Positions 57,477-64,000 of a stretch of DNA of 64,000 nt are shown here, piece by piece. The notes under the pieces are model-generated. The model had not been told where the DNA came from, searched no databases, and saw nothing but the letters and a program-made list of their open reading frames with translations. A program made the position numbers and the translations under genes. Source of the stretch: an uncultured Planctomycetaceae bacterium (GTDB lineage Bacteria; Planctomycetota; Phycisphaerae; SM23-33); NCBI GenBank assembly GCA_964631565.1, contig CAZVYJ010000009.1, forward strand, positions 4,862 to 68,861, read 5' to 3'. How positions within the stretch are numbered: position 1 is the first letter of the stretch; each line of letters opens with the position of its first letter.

Positions 57477-58277
57477 TTGGCTATTATGGAATTACCGGTT
57501 ACACAGCATGGCAGTTTCAACACTAACCGTGAAGAAGCGGTTGTTTTGCCGTTTCCGGGTGTTTTTGATGTTCTGAATGAGGTACTCGGCGGGAGCGCCC
57601 CAAGCGATTTCGCCATGGAGATATCCCGCGCGGAAGATAACGAGCGGCAGAGAATCGCAGAAGATCTGCACGATTGCCTTGGGCAGAATATCGCGGCGCT
57701 CAGCCTGAATCTCCAGCTTCTCAACGGCAATAATCTGCCGCCCGATCAGGCCAATATCCTGACCCGGTCGCTTGCTCTTGTCAGGCAGCTCAGCCAGGAC
57801 ATAAGAACGTTTACGTTTGAGCTTTGTCCGCCGACACTGTACGAGCAGGGTATCTCAGCCGCCCTCGCACACCTGGTGGAGAATTTCCGGAAAAGATACT
57901 CGCCGCACATACAGTATCACGACGACAGCCGGCCCAAGAACATGCCGCCCGGAAAAGCGGCTTTCCTGTATCGCTCGGTTCGCGAACTGCTCATTAACGC
58001 AGTCAAACATGGCAAAGCGGACAATATCACCATCATTACCCGCACCGTCGGGCATCATGTCGAAGCAGAAGTGGAAGATGACGGCATGGGTTTCGACAGT
58101 TCGTTTGAACTCAGCCGATCCGAGAAAACCGGCTTCGGACTTTTCAGCATATCCCGCCGCCTGAAAAACTTTGGCGGGCGTCTGGATATCGACTCCGCTC
58201 CGAAGCGGGGAACAAAAATCAAAATACGACTCCCAATCGCCGCAAAAGCAGGCCGCGGAGAATTTTCAAAGTTATGA
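57477..58277 (+). CDS. Cytoplasmic histidine kinase, HisKA_3 / NarX-LiaS type, with no sensor domain
   Basis: ERQRIAEDLHDCLGQNIAAL is a HisKA_3 H-box. HATPase motifs NAVKHGKA, DDGMGF and GFGLFSI. No transmembrane segment. Confidence 0.8.
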   Translation: MAIMELPVTQHGSFNTNREEAVVLPFPGVFDVLNEVLGGSAPSDFAMEISRAEDNERQRIAEDLHDCLGQNIAALSLNLQLLNGNNLPPDQANILTRSLALVRQLSQDIRTFTFELCPPTLYEQGISAALAHLVENFRKRYSPHIQYHDDSRPKNMPPGKAAFLYRSVRELLINAVKHGKADNITIITRTVGHHVEAEVEDDGMGFDSSFELSRSEKTGFGLFSISRRLKNFGGRLDIDSAPKRGTKIKIRLPIAAKAGRGEFSKL

Positions 58278-58924
58278 CCACCAGAATACTGCTTGCAGAC
58301 GACCACACGATGGTAAGAGAAGGCATAAGCGCCTTGCTGAACAATCAACCCGGCATGACTGTCGTCGGGGAGGCGTCAAACGGCCGCGATGCGCTGCAAA
58401 TGGCCCAATCCCTCCTGCCCGATGTGGTCATCATGGACGTGTCCATGCCGGACATGAACGGAGTCAGCGCCACCGAAAAGCTCTCCGAAGTGTGCCCCGC
58501 CGCCCGCGTTCTGGCGCTGTCAATGCATACCGACCGGGATAACGTCACGCGGATGCTTCGGGCCGGCGCATCGGGATACGTGGTCAAGACCTGCGACGTT
58601 AACGAAATTCTTCGCGCCATAACCACTGTCCGCGCCGGCAGAACATACCTCAGTCCCGAAATAACCGGAACCGTGGTGGAAGATTACGTCTCGTCAAAAA
58701 ACACATCAAAGCCGGACCTGGACGATCTGACATCCAGAGAACGTGAAATCCTCCAGATGATAGCGGAAGGCAAAAGTTCCAAGCAGATAGGAACGATACT
58801 GCATATCAGTCCGAGAACCGCCGACTCGCATCGTCAGCGTATTATGGACAAACTCAACCTCTATTCGCTGGCGGAGTTGACCAAATATGCGATTCGGGCA
58901 GGACTTACATCCCTCAACACCTGA
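58274..58924 (+). CDS. NarL/FixJ-family response regulator (receiver plus LuxR-type HTH)
   Basis: Receiver motifs LLADDH, D in DVVIMD, and LSMHT. The LuxR HTH reads LTSREREILQMIAEGKSSKQIGTILHISPRTADSHRQRIMDKL. The gene overlaps the kinase stop. Confidence 0.9.
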   Translation: MTTRILLADDHTMVREGISALLNNQPGMTVVGEASNGRDALQMAQSLLPDVVIMDVSMPDMNGVSATEKLSEVCPAARVLALSMHTDRDNVTRMLRAGASGYVVKTCDVNEILRAITTVRAGRTYLSPEITGTVVEDYVSSKNTSKPDLDDLTSREREILQMIAEGKSSKQIGTILHISPRTADSHRQRIMDKLNLYSLAELTKYAIRAGLTSLNT

Positions 58925-59057
58925 CGGCAAACTCTGAATAAGCCTAAAGATAGTCATTCTCGCATCATTAATTGCGAATTCCGGCAATTACGCCTTTCCT
59001 TATATCTACCGATATCAGAAATACCTGCGGTCCGCAGTGCCAGAAAAGGACAATGCA

Positions 59058-60233
59058 ATGAGTGACTACAACGGGGAAACATCTCAAACCACAGGGCTGC
59101 TGAGGCATCTCCTCAGCATAGGAGCGAAACTGCACGGGTCCAGAACGCGGCAGGAAATGCTGGAAACCATCCTCTCGCAAGCCAGGAAATTCACGGGCGC
59201 CGAAGCTGGCAGCCTTTATCTCGTACAGAGAAATCAACTCCGATTCGTGGCCGTCCAGAACGAAACCATGGACACCTCGAACATTGTCCGCCACCTGTTC
59301 GGCCAGACCATAGCGATCTCGCCGGAGTCGCTGGCGGGGTTTGCAGCCCTGACCGGCCGAATCATAAATATCCCGGACAGCTATAATCTTCCTGAAGGCA
59401 CTCCATTCAGAATCAATCGCGAACTGGACGCCAAAACAGGTTATTCCGCCAGGAGCATACTCGCCATCCCGCTGAAATGCCCTGACGGCGTGTGCGTAGG
59501 CGTCATGCAGCTGTTCAATCGCCGCGATGCGAACGGCGGCAATCAGCCTTTCGAAGAAATAACCGATGCGTTCATCGAGGGCCTGGTTTCAACCGCAGCA
59601 ATCGCAGTGCATAATCTCAGCCTGCAGGAACAGCTCCGCAGCGTTCATCTGAACACGATATTCCGCCTGTCGACAATAGCCGAATATCGCGATGCGGACA
59701 CAGGCAACCATATTCAGCGTGTCAGCCGGATTTCGGAACTCGTCGCACGAGAACTCTCGATGCCGCCGGACCAGGTTGAACTCATAAAGTACGCCAGCCC
59801 GATGCACGATGTCGGCAAGGTAGCCGTTCCCGACGCCATACTGTTCAAACCCGGCCACCTTACCACCGAGCAGCGGAAGATCATGGAAAAACATACGATC
59901 ATAGGCGGCGAAATCTTCGAAGGCGCCGATGATGACGTACTGGTAATGGCGCAGGATGTCGCCCTGCATCATCATGAAAGATGGGACGGCAAAGGGTATC
60001 CCGACGGGCTTGCGGGAGATCAGATAGCCCTGCCAAGCCGTATTGTCGGTCTCGCCGACGTTTTCGACGCCGTTGTCTCCAGACGATGCTACAAACAGGC
60101 ATTTTCGCTTGATGTGGCGCTGGATATTCTGGATCAGGACAGCGGCAAACACTTCGATCCGGCCGTGGTCAAGGCATTCATGCAGGTGCTCGAAAGCGTG
60201 CTGGAATCCTATCCCGAACTGCGAGCCGCCTGA
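59058..60233 (+). CDS. GAF-domain HD-GYP phosphodiesterase (c-di-GMP)
   Basis: N-terminal GAF (AGSLYLV...RFVAVQN). HD motif SPMHDVGKVAVPD. HD-GYP signature HHERWDGKGYPDGL. Confidence 0.85.
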   Translation: MSDYNGETSQTTGLLRHLLSIGAKLHGSRTRQEMLETILSQARKFTGAEAGSLYLVQRNQLRFVAVQNETMDTSNIVRHLFGQTIAISPESLAGFAALTGRIINIPDSYNLPEGTPFRINRELDAKTGYSARSILAIPLKCPDGVCVGVMQLFNRRDANGGNQPFEEITDAFIEGLVSTAAIAVHNLSLQEQLRSVHLNTIFRLSTIAEYRDADTGNHIQRVSRISELVARELSMPPDQVELIKYASPMHDVGKVAVPDAILFKPGHLTTEQRKIMEKHTIIGGEIFEGADDDVLVMAQDVALHHHERWDGKGYPDGLAGDQIALPSRIVGLADVFDAVVSRRCYKQAFSLDVALDILDQDSGKHFDPAVVKAFMQVLESVLESYPELRAA

Positions 60234-60329
60234 AAACCGGCAAGCATGAAGTTCCATACACACCGGGCCGGATGACACCCCAGTCGTCCGGCCTTGTTAT
60301 GCGCACACGCCCCCTGTCTCCCCCCGCCC

Positions 60330-60368
60330 CTGCGCATTTGCGCAGCGTCAATTGCGAAATAGCGCAAT
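60330..60368. promoter_or_regulatory. Two adjacent perfect palindromes upstream of cheY; candidate operator
   Basis: CTGCGCA-ttt-GCGCAG at 60330-60345. ATTGCG-aaatag-CGCAAT at 60351-60368. They lie about 70 bp upstream of the cheY start. Confidence 0.4.
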
Positions 60369-60437
60369 TACGGACCCATCACCGATTTCCGATGACTGTT
60401 GCAGCGACTATACCCAAGAACCAGGAGAACCAGAAAA

Positions 60438-60881
60438 ATGAACATTCACGCGATGGTGGTAGATGACTCAGCGATCATGAGAAAAATGGTCATGAAGTCC
60501 CTCAAGGAAACTGAGTTGGCCGACTTCATCTTTACCGAGGCCGGCGACGGCGTGGAAGCCCTTCAAAAACTCGACCCCAAGTCAGTAGGCATTATGTTCG
60601 TCGACTGGAATATGCCGAATATGACAGGCATAGAACTTGTCCGGGCCGTTCGTTCAACTCACAAGAAGTACCCGATACCGATCGTCATGATTACAACCGA
60701 AGGCACCATGGAGCGGGTTGAGGAAGCTCTCGATAACGCCGGCGCCAACGGTTATGTGGTCAAACCCTTCACGCCGGAAATACTCAAGAAAAAGCTGGCG
60801 CCGCTTTTTGAACAGATCGGCAACGACAAGGGTAAATCAAAAGGATTCTTTGGGAAGCTGGCTACGAAGCTGGCTTCATAA
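60438..60881 (+). CDS. cheY: CheY-like single-domain response regulator with a ~25-aa basic C-terminal extension
   Basis: ATG 60438 with AGGAGAA upstream. Receiver residues are VVDDS, D in FVDWNMPNMTG, T in MITTEG, K in VVKPF. The tail is FEQIGNDKGKSKGFFGKLATKLAS. Confidence 0.85.
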   Translation: MNIHAMVVDDSAIMRKMVMKSLKETELADFIFTEAGDGVEALQKLDPKSVGIMFVDWNMPNMTGIELVRAVRSTHKKYPIPIVMITTEGTMERVEEALDNAGANGYVVKPFTPEILKKKLAPLFEQIGNDKGKSKGFFGKLATKLAS

Positions 60882-60935
60882 AACGGGAACCGAAGAACAT
60901 TCACTATTTCTCTGGAGAGACCTAATGACACCGAC
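60803..60935 (+). repeat. Direct repeat copy 1: the 3' end of cheY (its tail), the spacer, and the first codons of cheX1
   Basis: About 70% nucleotide identity to 61441-61577, including the non-coding spacer (...TCTCTGGAGAGAC.TAATGA.ACCGACC...). Confidence 0.75.
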
Positions 60936-61521
60936 CACCATTCAGCAGGGACCTGCAGTAGAGCATAAGGAATGTCTTGGACTGGCCGTAAAGAAAATTT
61001 TTCGGACGGCTTGCGGGGCGGAGCTTAAAACGCTTAAAAGCACCCCTGATACCGACGGCAGCGTCATTGTTGGAATGATATCGCTGTCCGGCGACCTGAA
61101 CTGGTCGATATTCATAGGTCTTTCAAGCGAAACCGCCTCGTCACTGATCTCAAAATTCTTCGGGTTCGAAATTCCCTTCGACAGCGATGACATGTGCGAC
61201 GCCGCAGGCGAACTGGCAAGTATTCTCGCCGGGGAAATAAAAACCCAGCTCAGCCGCCGCGGAATAAAAGTCAACCTTTCGCTGCCGAGCGCCATACGCG
61301 CAAAAAATGTTTATATCCCCAGACAAAACGAGTCGGACACCTTCAGGCTCAGCCTCGGAACGTCCGGCGGCAATCTCTGGGCTGGCATCACGACGCGAAG
61401 TATCGGCATTGTCAAAACCCTCGCGTCCAAAACAGTCAAGCCCCCTTTTGAACAAATAAACGGCGACAACGGCGAATCAGAAGAAACTTTCGTAAAGCAG
61501 GCCGCAAAGCTGGCCTCATAG
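60925..61521 (+). CDS. cheX: CheX-family chemotaxis phosphatase, paralogue 1, with a C-terminal tail homologous to the CheY tail
   Basis: The CheC/CheX/FliY-like core has EIPFDSDDM...GELASILAGEIK...GNLWAGITT. The tail is PPFEQINGDNGESEETFVKQAAKLAS. Confidence 0.7.
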   Translation: MTPTTIQQGPAVEHKECLGLAVKKIFRTACGAELKTLKSTPDTDGSVIVGMISLSGDLNWSIFIGLSSETASSLISKFFGFEIPFDSDDMCDAAGELASILAGEIKTQLSRRGIKVNLSLPSAIRAKNVYIPRQNESDTFRLSLGTSGGNLWAGITTRSIGIVKTLASKTVKPPFEQINGDNGESEETFVKQAAKLAS

Positions 61522-61577
61522 AACAGGAACTTAAAGCGAACACGGAGATTCTCTGGAGAGACATAAATGAGACCGAC
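61441..61577 (+). repeat. Direct repeat copy 2: the 3' end of cheX1 (its tail), the spacer, and the first codons of cheX2
   Basis: See copy 1. Confidence 0.75.
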
Positions 61578-62064
61578 CGACACAAAGCAGAATCATCTGG
61601 CAGAGCACCAGGAATGCCTTGGGCTGGCCGCCAAAGAAATTTTCCATGCAACATGCGGTGTGGAGCTTCAGCCGCTCGAAGACGCGACACCAACTGACGG
61701 AGGCGTCATCATTGCCCTTATTTCGCTGGTGGGAGACGTTGACTGGTCAATATTCCTGGGCCTGCCGCGGAGCACTGCTTCTCCGCTGACAGCCAAATTC
61801 TGCGGGTTCGAAATTCCCTTCGACAGCGATGACATGGGCGATGCCGTCGGCGAACTGACGAACATCCTCGCCGGTGAAGTCAAGGCCAGACTCGACAGGC
61901 AGGGAGTCAAGGCGAACATCTCGCTGCCGAGCGTGATACGTGCAGAAAGCATTCACGTACTCAAGCAAAGTTCGGTTGAAACGTTCAAGCTCTGTTTCGG
62001 CACGCCGCAGGGCAACCTCTGGGCGGGCATCACGACGCACAAAAACGGAGCCTTCGCAGCGTAA
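61567..62064 (+). CDS. cheX: CheX-family chemotaxis phosphatase, paralogue 2 (no tail)
   Basis: About 65% identical to paralogue 1 over the core. Same motifs. Confidence 0.7.
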   Translation: MRPTDTKQNHLAEHQECLGLAAKEIFHATCGVELQPLEDATPTDGGVIIALISLVGDVDWSIFLGLPRSTASPLTAKFCGFEIPFDSDDMGDAVGELTNILAGEVKARLDRQGVKANISLPSVIRAESIHVLKQSSVETFKLCFGTPQGNLWAGITTHKNGAFAA

Positions 62065-62108
62065 ATAAGCACGGTAAACGGGCAGCATCGGCTCAAGGAA
62101 GCCACGAC

Positions 62109-64000
62109 ATGGATTGCAAAAACAAATCATACGACGTTCTCAACGCACTCAGCGCCGAGATTCTTGCCGCAGACCCTGCCGACAAGGACGCCGTCGTCGG
62201 CATAGGCTCGTCTCTGGAAGGTTTTCTTGACAAGGCCGACGGCATGCCGGCTGAGCTTGAAAAACTCTTTTCCGTCGCCCTCGAGCTGCTCCAGTGCGTT
62301 TATGGCGAAAGCCTGCCCGACCCTGCAGCGGCAATGGAAGCGGTCGCAACCGCAGTAAGCGCCGCAGCCGAATTTCTCGCCGACGGCGGCGACAGTCAAT
62401 CGCTGCAGGCCGTCGCGGCAACCATGCAAAAAATGCTCTCGCTCTCCAAAGACGGCGACGCCCCTGCCGCCGCCAGCCAGCCCGACAATCAGCCACAGAA
62501 GCCGCAGGCGACAAACGCCCCGGCACAAAACACAACCTCGGAAACCAATCTGCTTCCGGGCGATACCGACATGGACCTGCTGAGCGAGTTCATAGTCGAA
62601 TGTCTCGATCACATCGCCGCAGCCGAGGCCGCCCTGCTGGAACTCGAAAGCAACCCTGACGACGCCGAGCAGATAAACACTATTTTCCGCGCGTTCCACA
62701 CCATCAAAGGCACGTCGGGCTTCCTCGGCCTGAACCTCGTCCAGAACCTGGCCCACAAGGCCGAAAACCTGCTGGACCGCGCCCGCGACGGCGAAATAAA
62801 AATCCAGGGCGGATACGCCGACCTGGCGCTGAAATCCAGCGACGCCCTGCGGACGATGATATCCGGTCTCGAAGGCGTCAAGCCGGGCGATAAGCTCACG
62901 CCGCCGGCATACTATGACGACCTGATGACCCAGCTTGCCGATCCGGAAGCCGCCGGAATCAGCGATGAAGCCAATGTCGAAGACATGCGGCTGGGCGACA
63001 TCCTCGTCGGCAAGGGTCAGGCAAAGCGATCCCAGGTTGAAGCGGCAGCCAAAAAACAAGGCTCGCAGCGCATAGGCCAGGTGCTCGTCGAAAACAATAT
63101 CGCAACCGCCGGCGAAGTTATCGACGCCGTCCGCACGCAGAAAAAAATATCCGGCCGCCAGACCGGCGAAAACACCATTCGCGTCGGAACCGACCGGCTC
63201 GACAATCTGGTCAACATGGTGGGCGAACTGGTGATAGCCCATTCGATGGTCACGCAGGACCCCGACGTATGCAACAACGCAAGCCCCAGACTCGCCAGAA
63301 ACGTATCGCACGCCGGCAAGATCATTCGGGAACTCCAGGACCTTGCCATGTCGCTGCGCATGGTGCCGCTGAAGGGAACGTTCCAGAAAATGAACCGCCT
63401 TGTCCGCGATCTCGCCCGCAAGGCAGGCAAGAGCGTCCAGTTCATCACGGAAGGCGAAGAAACCGAAATAGACCGGACAATGGTTGAAACGCTCGGCGAC
63501 CCGCTGGTTCACATGATGCGCAACGCCGTGGATCACGGTATCGAAACCGCAGAGGTGCGGAAGGCCAGAGGCAAGAGCGGCACGGGAACAATCACGCTGA
63601 GAGCCTACCACTCCGCCGGCAACGTCGTCATCGAACTGCAGGACGACGGCAAGGGTCTCGATAAAGACAAGATCATCGCCAAGGCCGTCGAACGCGGGCT
63701 GATCGAATCCGCCAAGGACATGACTGAAAGCGAAGTGTTCGCGCTTATCTTCCAGGCGGGCTTCTCGACCGCCGAAAAGGTAACCGACATATCAGGCCGC
63801 GGCGTGGGAATGGATGTGGTGAAACGCGGCATCGAATCGCTGCGAGGAAAAATCGAACTTGCGTCAAAACTCAACAAAGGCACGACCTTCACGGTGCGCC
63901 TGCCGCTGACGATGGCGATTACGGACGCCATGCTCATACGCGTCGGCAGCGAGCGGTACCTGCTGCCGACAATCTCCATCGAGCGCAGCTTCCGTCCGGA
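62109..64000 (+). CDS. cheA: Chemotaxis histidine kinase CheA, 5' portion; the gene continues past the right edge of the window
   Basis: The track does not list it because there is no stop codon in the window. The frame from ATG 62109 gives the Hpt motif FHTIKGTSGFLG, a long P2/linker, the dimerisation region, N-box HMMRNAVDHGIE, G1 DDGKGLD and G2 GRGVGMDVV. The track's 62127..63611 minus ORF is antisense junk. Confidence 0.85.
   Translation, partial: MDCKNKSYDVLNALSAEILAADPADKDAVVGIGSSLEGFLDKADGMPAELEKLFSVALELLQCVYGESLPDPAAAMEAVATAVSAAAEFLADGGDSQSLQAVAATMQKMLSLSKDGDAPAAASQPDNQPQKPQATNAPAQNTTSETNLLPGDTDMDLLSEFIVECLDHIAAAEAALLELESNPDDAEQINTIFRAFHTIKGTSGFLGLNLVQNLAHKAENLLDRARDGEIKIQGGYADLALKSSDALRTMISGLEGVKPGDKLTPPAYYDDLMTQLADPEAAGISDEANVEDMRLGDILVGKGQAKRSQVEAAAKKQGSQRIGQVLVENNIATAGEVIDAVRTQKKISGRQTGENTIRVGTDRLDNLVNMVGELVIAHSMVTQDPDVCNNASPRLARNVSHAGKIIRELQDLAMSLRMVPLKGTFQKMNRLVRDLARKAGKSVQFITEGEETEIDRTMVETLGDPLVHMMRNAVDHGIETAEVRKARGKSGTGTITLRAYHSAGNVVIELQDDGKGLDKDKIIAKAVERGLIESAKDMTESEVFALIFQAGFSTAEKVTDISGRGVGMDVVKRGIESLRGKIELASKLNKGTTFTVRLPLTMAITDAMLIRVGSERYLLPTISIERSFRP

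Noticed and set aside
62127-63611. 494-aa minus-strand ORF in the last 2 kb
   Set aside because: The plus-strand frame from ATG 62109 is an unambiguous CheA (HTIKGTSGFLG, N/G1/G2 boxes). It runs off the window, which is why it is missing from the ORF track.

Overview
This is a high-GC (~60-65%) bacterial chromosomal segment with about 55 protein-coding genes on both strands. I saw no rRNA, tRNA, CRISPR array, transposase or integrase. Planctomycetota- or Verrucomicrobiota-like is a weak inference only, from RRM/RGG RNA-binding proteins, many large secreted multidomain hypothetical proteins, a GspG-like fold on a non-pilin protein, and a sparse Lol-like system. It is not supported by any marker gene. 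The housekeeping genes I recognise from motifs are trpS, scpA, purF, glyQS, bioA, bioD, pcm, recG, hisI, trkH, trkA, rpiB and a tsaC-family gene. They are interleaved with accessory loci. Because of the GC content, almost every real gene is shadowed by a long spurious antisense ORF in the six-frame track. I resolved these by sequence complexity and by motifs. Several track start sites are alternative-start artefacts and were moved to ATG/GTG/TTG codons with a Shine-Dalgarno sequence upstream. The loci I consider most worth follow-up are these. (1) A chemosensory module at 57.4-64 kb. It runs HisKA_3 kinase, NarL-type regulator, GAF-HD-GYP, cheY, two tandem cheX paralogues, then cheA, which is cut by the window edge. 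A ~135-bp imperfect direct repeat there shows that the CheY C-terminal tail was copied onto CheX1 by an old tandem duplication. (2) A Lol-like cluster: FtsX-type permease, ABC ATPase, membrane protein, LolA-like protein. It is followed by a 957-aa secreted protein built from a PDZ-like region, a ~27-residue repeat array I do not recognise (GND-x-Y...QG-x-G...G-x-G-h-L-x-D), and C-terminal leucine-rich repeats. (3) A translationally coupled four-gene operon at 15.8-22.7 kb: a 793-aa bitopic GldG-like auxiliary protein, an ABC ATPase, a tandem-duplicated ABC-2 permease and a secreted HEAT-repeat protein. (4) Domain fusions: flavodiiron core plus 2Fe-2S ferredoxin, and TsaC/YrdC plus a low-molecular-weight phosphotyrosine phosphatase (LMW-PTP) sitting beside rpiB. 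(5) Smaller oddities: ScpA with a ~110-aa polyacidic tail, a 575-aa secreted protein ending in a GspG-like domain, a ~1.2-kb low-GC islet, and a cluster of GC-rich REP-like hairpins. I cannot confirm novelty without database searches. Every product call rests on motifs I can read in the translations.
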